In this document: one piece after another, positions 17,616 to 25,830 of the stretch | Layout: each line of letters begins with the position of its first letter | Position numbering within the stretch: the first letter of the stretch is position 1 | Assembly: GCA_035939455.1 (NCBI GenBank) | Contig: DASZFV010000330.1 | Span: 1 to 41,154, forward strand | From: Polyangia bacterium | GTDB lineage: Bacteria > Myxococcota_A > Polyangia > Fen-1088 | DNA: 41,154 bases | Direction: 5' to 3' | Program-made: the position numbers and the translations under genes | Notes under the pieces: model-generated | The model's database searches: none | What the model saw: the letters and a program-made list of their open reading frames with translations, nothing else | What the model was told of the DNA's origin: nothing

Positions 17616-17711
17616 GGTAGCAGTGTAGATCGATGGGCAGCGGACCGGAACCAAGACCCGACGGGCCGTCAGGGTTCGGAATCCCAGCCGGCGCCAGGGG
17701 CGTTTGGGGTT

Positions 17712-19343
17712 ATGATGCCGGCCGGGCTCCCCGGCATGGGCAAGATCATCGTCACGGGCAACGACCAGCGGCGCGACTACGAGCTCGGGGCCGTCAACAC
17801 CGTCGGTCGGCACCCCGACAACACGCTCCAGATCCTCGATCGCATCGTGTCGAAGGAGCACGCGCAGATCATCCGCCAGCCCGACGGACGGTTCTTGTTC
17901 CGCGACCTCGGCAGCTTGAACGGCTCGTTCCTGCGCGGCGAACGACTGAACGAGCACCTCCTCATCGACGGCGACGAGATCACGCTCGGCTCGACGCGGC
18001 TCACCTACCAGGAGCGCTCGGCCGAGGACTCGCTCCTCCAGAAGGTCACGATCGCGCCCTCGGCGACCGAGGCGCTCATCCGCCAGAAGATCCAGGCCGC
18101 GCCCGCGACGCGCGAGTTCCTGCCCGAGAAGGAGATCTTCGACGTCGAGGTCTTGCGCCGCGACTACGAGAAGCTGCGCCTCGCCAACGAGCTCGGCCGC
18201 TCGATCGGCCTCGAGGTCAACCTCGAGGTCCTGCTCGAGAAGATCATCATGAAGGCCTTCGAGCTCATCCCCGCCGACCGCGGCGTGATCCTGCTCATGG
18301 AGGACGGCGTCCCCACGCCGAAGATCGCGAGGACCCGCGACGGCAAGAACGAGCAAATCGTGCTGTCGAAGTCGATCCTGAGCGAGGTCGTGAACCACAA
18401 GGCCTCGGTGCTGTCGTCGGACGCGACGATGGACAGCCGCTTCTCGGCGGCGCACTCGGTCATCATGCAGGGCATCCGCTCGACGATGACGGTGCCGCTC
18501 ATTCACCACGACGAGCTGCTCGGCATCATGCACCTCGACTCGATGATCGCGACCAACGCCTTCACCGAGAAGGACCTGCAGATCTTCGGCGGCATCGGGA
18601 GCCAGGCCGCCGTCGCCATCCACAACTCGCAGCTCGCGCGCAAGATCGAGCAGGAGGCCAAGACGCGCGCGCAGTTCCAGCGCCTGCTCTCGCCCAACCT
18701 CGTCGATCAGGTCGTGCAGGGCAAGCTGCAGCTCGAGAAGGGCGGCGCGCTGTCCGAGGTGACGCTGCTCTTCTCCGACATCCGCGGCTTCACGTCGATG
18801 AGCGAGTCGCGCGCGCCGCAAGAGATCGTCCGCATGCTCAACGAGTACTTCGAGCTCATGGTGGACGTGATCTTCAAGTACCAGGGCACGCTCGACAAGT
18901 TCGTGGGCGACGAGATCATCGCGCTCTTCGGCGCGCCCGTCGCCATGGAGAACGCCGAGGTCAAGGCCGTGGCGTGCGCGCTCGACATGATGCAGGTCTT
19001 GTCGGAGTTCAACCGCGTGCGCCTCGACGAGGGCCAGAACGAGATCAAGATCGGCATCGGCATCAACACGGGCATGGTCGTCACGGGCGCCATCGGCAGC
19101 TCGCGCGCGCTCCAGTACACGGCCATCGGCGACGCCATGAACACGACGGCGCGCCTGTGCAGCGTCGCGCAGCCCGGCCAGATCATCCTCTCCGCGGCGA
19201 CCTTCAAAAAGGTCCAGGGCGAGATCGCCGCCGTGCCGCTACCGGACGTGCGGCTCAAGGGCAAGGCCGACGAGCTGCGCATCTACAACGCCGTCGGCCT
19301 CCGCGATCGCCAGCGCGCCGGCGACAACACCCGGCCCGGGTGA
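17712..19343 (+). CDS. FHA domain - GAF domain - class III adenylate/guanylate cyclase
   Basis: Track ORF 17574..19343. ATG 17712 is preferred; ATG 17736 (MGKIIVTG) is an alternative. FHA: VGRHPDNTLQILDRIVSKEHAQI...FRDLGSLNGSF. GAF: region around LEKIIMKAFELIPADRGVILL. Cyclase: VTLLFSDIRGFTSMSE, LDKFVGDEIIALFGAP, IGINTGMVVTGAIGS, YTAIGDAMNTTARL. Confidence 0.9.
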   Translation: MMPAGLPGMGKIIVTGNDQRRDYELGAVNTVGRHPDNTLQILDRIVSKEHAQIIRQPDGRFLFRDLGSLNGSFLRGERLNEHLLIDGDEITLGSTRLTYQERSAEDSLLQKVTIAPSATEALIRQKIQAAPATREFLPEKEIFDVEVLRRDYEKLRLANELGRSIGLEVNLEVLLEKIIMKAFELIPADRGVILLMEDGVPTPKIARTRDGKNEQIVLSKSILSEVVNHKASVLSSDATMDSRFSAAHSVIMQGIRSTMTVPLIHHDELLGIMHLDSMIATNAFTEKDLQIFGGIGSQAAVAIHNSQLARKIEQEAKTRAQFQRLLSPNLVDQVVQGKLQLEKGGALSEVTLLFSDIRGFTSMSESRAPQEIVRMLNEYFELMVDVIFKYQGTLDKFVGDEIIALFGAPVAMENAEVKAVACALDMMQVLSEFNRVRLDEGQNEIKIGIGINTGMVVTGAIGSSRALQYTAIGDAMNTTARLCSVAQPGQIILSAATFKKVQGEIAAVPLPDVRLKGKADELRIYNAVGLRDRQRAGDNTRPG

Positions 19344-19480
19344 GACGACCGGCCCGCGCCCTGCCCCGACGCCGTGGGGTGAACACCGGAGGGGCACGAC
19401 GCCTTTCCAGACTGCCGACTAGGCCTTACACTGCACTCCTTGCACGGCGCCACTAGACCCTCGCGCGGGAGAAGACTCGA

Positions 19481-20026
19481 ATGAAGCTCGGAGCATCGCT
19501 GGCCTTCACATTGTTGTTCGCCTCACCGCGGCTCACCTCCGTCGCGCGCGCCGAGGAACGGCGCGACGAGCGGCAGGGTGTCCACCAAGAGCGTCACGAA
19601 GAGCAACAGGACCAGAAGCGCGAAGTTCGTCACGACGAGCGGCTGCCTCCGCGCGCTGCGCCTCCCGCGTGGCGGGGGCACCCGCCCGGCGGCCGCCCCC
19701 CCGCCGCGACCTATCACCCCGCCTATCATCCGCACGCGGTCCGCGTCCTTCGCCCGCGCGCCATGCGCTACGGCGAGCATCCCTGGCGCCACTGGGGCCA
19801 CGGCGAGTTCGCGCGGCCCGTCTACTACTGGGACTGGGCGATCATCCGCAGCGTGACGTGCGTCGCCGAAGACTCCTACGGTGATCAGTATCCGGTGACC
19901 GAGTCGACGTTCGCCGGCTTCGGCCTCCAAAACATGACGGCCGTCGAGGACGACGCGCTCGACCGCTGCTACGAAGAGTCGGGCGGCGACGGGAGCTGCT
20001 TCTTGACGACCTGCTCGAACTACTGA
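19481..20026 (+). CDS. Secreted hypothetical protein (His/Arg/Pro-rich, with a Cys-containing C-terminal module)
   Basis: The ATG is preceded by GGGAGAAG. The signal peptide is MKLGASLAFTLLFASPRLTSVARA. A charged, His-rich segment follows. The C-terminal part has 4 Cys (TCVAEDS...DRCYEES...GSCFLTTCSNY). No family was recognised. Confidence 0.6.
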   Translation: MKLGASLAFTLLFASPRLTSVARAEERRDERQGVHQERHEEQQDQKREVRHDERLPPRAAPPAWRGHPPGGRPPAATYHPAYHPHAVRVLRPRAMRYGEHPWRHWGHGEFARPVYYWDWAIIRSVTCVAEDSYGDQYPVTESTFAGFGLQNMTAVEDDALDRCYEESGGDGSCFLTTCSNY

Positions 20027-20044
20027 CCCGCGCCGGACGCCGCC

Positions 20045-23000
20045 TCAGCCCGCCGCGAGGAGCGAACGCACCCAGGCGTCCGTGAGCTTCTCTTGCACGG
20101 TGTTCTGGCGCAGGCGCGCCGCGAGGTTCTTCCAATCGACGAAGTCCTGGAGCTGATCCTGGTTCGCGCAGGAGAAGATGATCGTCTCCTTGCCCGACGT
20201 GGGGTCGACGTGCTTTTGCAGGCACTGTGCACAGATCTCTTTCATCATGCACTGCATGGGCGAGTTGATCGACGCGATGGCGACGTGACCCGGCTTGAAG
20301 TGCGGCGCGAGGATGCCGTGGCGCGCCTCCTTGACGGCCGCCATCATGCGGTCGCTGCCGATGGCGATGACGCGGCTGCAAGACGGCAGCGGCACCCTGG
20401 CCTCGCCGAGCTCGCCCTTCGCGAACGCCAGCATGGCCTGCACGACGTTGCCCTCGAAGGCGCGATCCTGGGGGCGGCGCGTCGCGGGCAGCGGGCCGCC
20501 GTCGACGCTCCAGATGACCTGATCGGTCCCAGCCTCGATCTCCTCGACCTTGTAGATGTCCTCGCGGCGCCGGTAGGCCGCGAAGTAGAGGACCTTATTG
20601 CCGTGCTCGCGCAACGCCTTCGCGATCGAGAAGAGCACGGCGTTGCCGAGCCCCCCGCCGCACAGCACGACGGCCTCGCCCGACGGGATCTCGGTGGGCG
20701 CGCCCGTCGGGCCCATCACGACGACGGGCTCACCGGGCGCGAGCGTCGCGCACTGCCGCGAGCTGCCGCCCATCTCGAGCACGATGAGGGACAGCAAGCC
20801 CTTGTCCTTGTCGACCCAGGCGCCCGTGAGCGCGAGGCCCTCCATGGCCAGCCGCGAGCCGCGCGCGGCGGTCGCGTGGGCCTCGAAGTCCTGCAGGCGG
20901 AAGAACTGCCCGGGCTCGAAGCGGCGCGCGGCCGCAGGGGCGCGCACGATGACGTCGACGATCGTGGGCGTCAAGCGATCGACGCGCACGACCGTGGCGC
21001 GCAGCTCGTCGTCCAGCTTCGCCGTGAACGCCGTCCAGGCCGCCTCGCGCGCCGGCTGGCCGTTCGCGCCTTCGTTCTGCTGCGCGCGCAGCTCGCCCGC
21101 GAAGAGCTCGGCGACGTGCGGCGCGCCGTCCCTGGCCGAGGCCATGGCGCGCACGACCGAGCCCGCGTACACGGGGTGGTTATCGCCGTAGAAGCTCACG
21201 GTGCGGCCTTCGCGGAGGTATGAGGTGAAGAAGCCCACCTCGCCCTCGTGCGGCAGGCGCAGCTGGAGGTGGCCGCTCTCGGAGCGCACGGCGACGAAGG
21301 GCCGGAAGCTCTTCGTGCGCGGCTCGACCTGGAACGTGCCAGGCCGCTCGTGCTCGTACGTGATGTTGGGCTGCGTACCCGCGGCGACGAACAGGCTACG
21401 CGCCGGCAGCCGCACGTTGTCCCCGACCTTCTTCCAGGTCACGTTCCCGTCGTCACCCAGCGGCTCGTGGCGCTCGAACTCGACGGCCGCGAGCGCGCCG
21501 GTCTCGTCGGGGATGCAGGCCGCGGGCGAGAGCTTCTCGATGAAGCGCACGCCCTCCTCGTGGAACTTCGTGATCTCCTCGTGGTTGAGTCGATAGGCTG
21601 GGCTGTCCTTCAGCGCGCGCCGGTAGACCAGCGAGACGCCACCCCAGGCGTTGACGAGCGTCGCGAAGTCGGGCGCCTCGCCGGCCGCCGCGGCGCGCGC
21701 CCGCTCGGCGCGCACGGCCCGTCCGTGCTCGAGGAACTCCCGCGCGACGGCCGCCTCCTCGGCGTCGTAAACCTTGAACGCGGCCGCCTCGTCGCCGCCG
21801 TTGTCCGCGACGAGCGCCTCCCAACGCGCGAGGAACTTCTCGACCTGCACGGGGTAGTAGGCCGCCGCCTCGGTCGTCGTGTCGATCCCAGTGAGCCCGC
21901 CGCCGATGACGAGCGCGGGCAGGCGCACCTGCAGGTTCGCGAGCGAGTCCTTCTTGAAGCCGCCCGTGAGCTGCAGCGCCATGAGGAAATCGGACGCCTT
22001 GCGCACGCCGCGGATGAGGTTGTTCTTGACGTCGATGATGGTCGGCTTGCCCGCGCCCGCGGCGAGCGCGACGTGATCGAAGCCGAGCGCGAAGGCGCCC
22101 TCGACGTCGAGCGTGCCCCCGAAGCGCACGCCGCCGTAGACCCGGAACGTCGCGCGCCGCGCGAGCGTCAGGTACAGCGCCGTGAGGAAGTTCTTGTCCC
22201 ATCGCACGGTGATGCCGTATTCGGCGACGCCGCCGAAGCCGGCGAGGGGTCGCTCGTCGAGCGGCACGCTGAGCTCGCTCCAGCTCTTCACGGCGCGCGG
22301 CGGCCACGCGTCGGCGCCCAGGAGATCCGCGCGCAGCGGCTCGATCTTGAGCCCGTCGACGCCCACGACGCCGAAGCCGTCGTTGAGCAGGTGCTGGCAG
22401 AGCGTGTACCCGGCGGGGCCGAGGCCGACGACGAGCACGTTGCGGCCGCGGTAGGGCAGCGCGAAGGGCCGCGCGCGGTTGAGCGGGTTCCAGCGCGTGA
22501 GGAGGCCGTAGATCTCGAAGCCCCACGGCAGCCCCAGCACGTCCGTGAGCACGCCGGTCTCGGCCTGGGGAATGTTGACGGGCTCCTGCTTTTGGAAGAT
22601 GCATCCCTTCATGCAATCGTTGCAGATGCGGTGGCCCGTGCCGGGGACCATCGGGTTGTCGATGACGACGACCGCGAGCGCGGCGATCGAGTCGCCGCCC
22701 TTGCGCAGGACGTGCATCTCGCCGATCTTCTCGTTGAGGGGGCAGCCGGCGAGCGCGACGCCCAGCGGGTTTCGCTTGAGCGTGCCGTGCTTGTCGTGCA
22801 TGCCCTTCGAGCACGAGTCCTTCTCGCGCTCGTGGCAGTACATGCAGTAGTCGGATTCGTTCGCGACCTCGCGCGCGGACATGCGCGCGTCCGTGAGCGC
22901 GAACCCGTCGCGCCGCCGGCGGTGCTCGGACGGCCCGTCGGTGACGTTGGGCAGCTGCGCGTCGGGCCGGCGGAGCGGCACGAGGTCGTGGTGGTCCACG

Positions 23001-23725
23001 TTGTGCGGCACCTGGAACGACACCCAACCCTTGACGGCGGCGCGGCCCGACGGCTCGAAGCGGTGCACGGCCGCCCAACGCTCGAACAGATCGAGCCGAT
23101 TCGCGAGCTGCTCGCGCGCCTGCCGCCGCCCAAGCTCGTCGCCCGCGGGCGTGCCAGGCGCCGTGCTCTCCTTTCCGGCGTCCAACTTGCTCTCGCCCGC
23201 CAGCAGAACGGCAAGGACCGTCGCGAACGTCAGCTCGTCGTCGCCCGTCGCGATGAGCTCGGGGAAGGCCGTCGCGCAGAGCGACCGCACCTGCGTGCGC
23301 AGCGTCGCCGCCGTCTCGGCCGGCGGCGCCGTCTCCGGGTACTTCTTGATCGCGCGCCGCGCGATGAACGTCTTCATCCGAAAAATGACGTCCTCGCGCG
23401 CTGCCCGATCGACGAGCGCCTGGTGCTCCTTCTCGACCCGGAAGAGCCGCGCCACGAAGGTACCGAGGGGCCGCGCCACCGCGATGAGCAGCTCGGACTC
23501 CTGCGGCGGCGTGAGCATCTCTCCCGCCCGATAGGCCTCGAACTTCTTGGCGAGCTCCGCGTCCGCCGCCGCGAGCTCCGCCCGAAATCTCTTGTCCAGC
23601 TCCGCGAGCTTGCCCGGCTCGTACAAATCCCCATACCGAAACTCGTCGATCGCCAACCCAAAATTCCGCTCCCCGCTCTCCGGAGCGCTCCCTTTGCCAG
23701 CCGCGAACGCGAACCCTTCAAACAT
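20045..23725 (-). CDS. Large multidomain oxidoreductase: unknown N-terminal domain + GltD/NfnB-like Fe-S flavoprotein + PyrK/NfnA-like FAD/NAD(P)/[2Fe-2S] domain
   Basis: 1226 aa with an ATG start. Cys clusters: CMYCHEREKDSCSKG, GCPLNEKI, HRICNDCMKGCIF. Dinucleotide fold: NVLVVGLGPAGYTLCQHLLNDGFGVVGVD. C-terminal ferredoxin-reductase-like part: RVDRLTPTIVDVIVRAP...FEPGQFFRLQ and VVLCGGGLGNAVLFSIAKAL. Terminal Cys motif: MQCMMKEICAQC...FSCANQD. Confidence 0.85.
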   Translation of the reverse strand: MFEGFAFAAGKGSAPESGERNFGLAIDEFRYGDLYEPGKLAELDKRFRAELAAADAELAKKFEAYRAGEMLTPPQESELLIAVARPLGTFVARLFRVEKEHQALVDRAAREDVIFRMKTFIARRAIKKYPETAPPAETAATLRTQVRSLCATAFPELIATGDDELTFATVLAVLLAGESKLDAGKESTAPGTPAGDELGRRQAREQLANRLDLFERWAAVHRFEPSGRAAVKGWVSFQVPHNVDHHDLVPLRRPDAQLPNVTDGPSEHRRRRDGFALTDARMSAREVANESDYCMYCHEREKDSCSKGMHDKHGTLKRNPLGVALAGCPLNEKIGEMHVLRKGGDSIAALAVVVIDNPMVPGTGHRICNDCMKGCIFQKQEPVNIPQAETGVLTDVLGLPWGFEIYGLLTRWNPLNRARPFALPYRGRNVLVVGLGPAGYTLCQHLLNDGFGVVGVDGLKIEPLRADLLGADAWPPRAVKSWSELSVPLDERPLAGFGGVAEYGITVRWDKNFLTALYLTLARRATFRVYGGVRFGGTLDVEGAFALGFDHVALAAGAGKPTIIDVKNNLIRGVRKASDFLMALQLTGGFKKDSLANLQVRLPALVIGGGLTGIDTTTEAAAYYPVQVEKFLARWEALVADNGGDEAAAFKVYDAEEAAVAREFLEHGRAVRAERARAAAAGEAPDFATLVNAWGGVSLVYRRALKDSPAYRLNHEEITKFHEEGVRFIEKLSPAACIPDETGALAAVEFERHEPLGDDGNVTWKKVGDNVRLPARSLFVAAGTQPNITYEHERPGTFQVEPRTKSFRPFVAVRSESGHLQLRLPHEGEVGFFTSYLREGRTVSFYGDNHPVYAGSVVRAMASARDGAPHVAELFAGELRAQQNEGANGQPAREAAWTAFTAKLDDELRATVVRVDRLTPTIVDVIVRAPAAARRFEPGQFFRLQDFEAHATAARGSRLAMEGLALTGAWVDKDKGLLSLIVLEMGGSSRQCATLAPGEPVVVMGPTGAPTEIPSGEAVVLCGGGLGNAVLFSIAKALREHGNKVLYFAAYRRREDIYKVEEIEAGTDQVIWSVDGGPLPATRRPQDRAFEGNVVQAMLAFAKGELGEARVPLPSCSRVIAIGSDRMMAAVKEARHGILAPHFKPGHVAIASINSPMQCMMKEICAQCLQKHVDPTSGKETIIFSCANQDQLQDFVDWKNLAARLRQNTVQEKLTDAWVRSLLAAG

Positions 23726-23843
23726 GTTGGCGCGATCTCATACAACGAATCTGGGCGGTTGGGGTGACGCCCACACGCCCCGGCGGGGGCACGACCCGCC
23801 TGGCCACCGGTTGCGACGGTGTAGGAAAGCGGGCCAACACGAC

Positions 23844-23874
23844 GCGCTCTTCACCGTGCCTTGACGAAGAGCGC
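23844..23874 (-). terminator. Hairpin downstream of the moeB-like gene (possible terminator)
   Basis: GCGCTCTTC (23844-23852) and GAAGAGCGC (23866-23874) form a 9-bp perfect inverted repeat with a 13-nt loop. On the minus strand it lies 26 nt after the stop at 23901-23903. Only a weak U-rich tail follows. Confidence 0.3.
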
Positions 23875-23900
23875 ACCCGCGGCCGCCAAAAGGGCGAGCG

Positions 23901-25091
23901 TCACGTCGTGACGTTGCAAAAAGCCTGGTAGTCGATGAGCTGTATGTTCTCGGGCTTGATGCCCTCGCCGCAGGTCGGGCACGTCGCGATTCGGTGGCGC
24001 TTGAACTCGCGGAACTTGAGCCCGAGCGCGTCGAAGAACAGCGTCCGGTCGGAGAGCGGCTTGCCGATGCCGAGCAGGATCTTGATGGCCTCGACCGCCT
24101 GGAGCGATCCGATGACACCGCAGAGCACGCCGAGGACGCCCGCCTCCTGGCACGACGGCGCCATGTCGGGCGGCGGCGGTTCGGGAAACTGGCAGCGGTA
24201 GCAGCCCTTGCCGGGGATGAACGACGTCACCTGACCCTCGAAGCGGTAGATGCTGCCGTGGACGATGGGCTTGCCGAGCTTGAGCGACGCGTCGTTCAGC
24301 AGGTAGCGCGTCGGGAAGTTGTCAGCGCCGTCGACGATCAGGTCGTAGTCCTTGATGATGTCCATCACGTTCTCGGACGATAGGCGGGTCTGGTGGCCGA
24401 TGACCTTGACGTCGGGGTTGAGCTTGGCGATGGCCTGCTTCGCCGACTCGACCTTGGGCAGGCCCACGCGATCGGTCGAGTGCAGGATCTGGCGCTGCAA
24501 GTTGGACGCATCGACGACGTCGTCGTCGACGAAGCCCAGCGTCCCCACGCCAGCCGCCGCCAGGTAGAGCCCGGCCGGCGACCCGAGCCCGCCTGCGCCG
24601 AGGCACAGCACCTTCGACCTGAGCAGCTTGACCTGCCCGGCCTCGCCCACCTCGGGCAGCATTGTGTGCCGCGCGTAGCGCAGCGACTGCTCAGGCGTCA
24701 TGTTGTACGGGCGATCGAAGGGCAGCCCGGCGCGCTTCCACGCCGAGAACCCGCCCGCCATGGACTTGACGTTGGTGTAGCCGAGCTCCTCGAGCGTGCG
24801 CGCCGCGAGCGCCGAGCGCGTGCCGCCCGCGCAGTAAAGGACGATCTCGGCCGACTTCTCGGGCACCTGATCCTCGATGCGCTGCTCGAGGAACCCGCGC
24901 GAGAGCCAGCGCGCGCCGGGGATGTTGCCCTCGTTCCACTCGTCCTTCTCGCGGACGTCGATGAGGATCGGGCCCGCGCCGTTGCCGTCGCCTGATTTCC
25001 CCTTCGCGGCCTCGACGACCTTGCGAACCGACTCGACGTCGGTCTCGCGGATCTGGGCCTTCACGTCCTTGAGAACTTTTCCGAAGCTCAT
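23901..25091 (-). CDS. moeB: MoeB/ThiF-family adenylyltransferase with an N-terminal rhodanese domain
   Basis: 396 aa. The ATG has a GGAG RBS. N-terminal rhodanese: ILIDVREKDEWNEGNIPGARWL...VLYCAGGTRSALAA (active-site CxGGxRS). E1-like domain: YARHTMLPEVGEAGQVKLLRSKVLCLGAGGLGSPAGLYLAAAGVG...DASNLQRQILH. Two CxxC pairs are present (CYRC, CPTC). Confidence 0.9.
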   Translation of the reverse strand: MSFGKVLKDVKAQIRETDVESVRKVVEAAKGKSGDGNGAGPILIDVREKDEWNEGNIPGARWLSRGFLEQRIEDQVPEKSAEIVLYCAGGTRSALAARTLEELGYTNVKSMAGGFSAWKRAGLPFDRPYNMTPEQSLRYARHTMLPEVGEAGQVKLLRSKVLCLGAGGLGSPAGLYLAAAGVGTLGFVDDDVVDASNLQRQILHSTDRVGLPKVESAKQAIAKLNPDVKVIGHQTRLSSENVMDIIKDYDLIVDGADNFPTRYLLNDASLKLGKPIVHGSIYRFEGQVTSFIPGKGCYRCQFPEPPPPDMAPSCQEAGVLGVLCGVIGSLQAVEAIKILLGIGKPLSDRTLFFDALGLKFREFKRHRIATCPTCGEGIKPENIQLIDYQAFCNVTT

Positions 25092-25111
25092 CTCTGCGCG
25101 CTCCTACGACC

Positions 25112-25133
25112 GGCTCCCCGCCGGAGCCTTTTT
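25112..25133 (+). other. Terminator-like hairpin plus T5 with no upstream plus-strand gene (lies in the moeB 5' leader region)
   Basis: GGCTCC-ccgcc-GGAGCC followed by TTTTT (25129-25133). The nearest upstream plus-strand gene ends at 20026. Confidence 0.4.
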
Positions 25134-25258
25134 GATGTCCGTGGCTCTCACGAGTGACAAATCCCCCCGGAAGTCGGCTATCTTTGCCGAGAAGCAGGGT
25201 CCCGGCAAGCCAAGGTGATCGCCCGGGGACGTCTGACCTCTCGCGCCATGTCACGGCA

Positions 25259-25287
25259 TTGGCGTCGCGGGTGCCTTGGACTATACT
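25259..25287 (+). promoter_or_regulatory. Sigma70-like promoter candidate for the IscA/ErpA-family gene
   Basis: TTGGCG (25259-25264), a 17-nt spacer, then TATACT (25282-25287), about 19 nt upstream of the ATG at 25306, which has an AAGGAGA RBS. Pattern match only. Confidence 0.35.
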
Positions 25288-25305
25288 TTCCAGCAAGGAG
25301 ACACG

Positions 25306-25722
25306 ATGTCAGTAGGAGCCCTCGAGACCCAGACCCCGGAGTCGCAGAATCTTCCCGCCCAGCCGGAAGGTTCAGAAGTCGGCCAGGAAGAAGGCCCCTT
25401 GGTGGCGCTGTCCGACAAGGCCGCCGAGAAGGTGCGCGAGATCCGCACGGAGGAGAACATCGAGGAGACCTACGCTCTGCGCCTCAAGGTGCAGGGGGGC
25501 GGCTGCTCGGGCTTCTCATATGACCTCTACTTCGACCAGCCGCAGGAGACAGACCGCGCGTTCGACGTCAAGGGCGTCAAGCTCATCTGCGACGAGATGA
25601 GCCTCATGTACCTCGTGGGCACGGAGGTCGACTACGTCGAAGGGCTGCACGGCGCCGGGTTTAAGTTCCAGAACCCGAACGTCAAGTCGACCTGCGGGTG
25701 CGGCAGCTCCTTCAGCGTCTGA
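25306..25722 (+). CDS. Iron-sulfur cluster insertion/carrier protein, HesB/IscA/ErpA family
   Basis: Track ORF 25276..25722. ATG 25306 follows AAGGAGACACG. Motifs: LRLKVQGGGCSGFSY...FKFQNPNVKSTCGCGSSFSV, the three conserved A-type carrier Cys. A non-conserved N-terminal extension of about 35 aa precedes the first conserved block. Confidence 0.9.
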   Translation: MSVGALETQTPESQNLPAQPEGSEVGQEEGPLVALSDKAAEKVREIRTEENIEETYALRLKVQGGGCSGFSYDLYFDQPQETDRAFDVKGVKLICDEMSLMYLVGTEVDYVEGLHGAGFKFQNPNVKSTCGCGSSFSV

Positions 25723-25784
25723 CGCTTTCAGCGAGGCGCCGCGCCCGGGCTGGTTTCGGACGCAGCGATCTCGAATTCTTCAAC

Positions 25785-25820
25785 GGCGGGAGCACCTCGT
25801 GCTTCCGCCCTTTTGTTTTT
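25785..25820 (+). terminator. Canonical Rho-independent terminator after the IscA/ErpA-family gene
   Basis: GGCGGGAGCAC-ctc-GTGCTTCCGCC forms an 11-bp stem including one G-U pair. It is followed by C TTTTGTTTTT (25811-25820) and starts 63 nt after the stop at 25720-25722. Confidence 0.75.
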
Positions 25821-25830
25821 CGGGGACCGA

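Noticed and set aside
17672-17685. GGGTTCGGAATCCC, which resembles a tRNA T-arm (GGTTCGAATCC).
   Set aside because: Only a 3-bp stem can form around an 8-nt loop. No matching acceptor stem, D-arm or anticodon arm could be built from the flanking 80 nt on either strand. It is not a tRNA.
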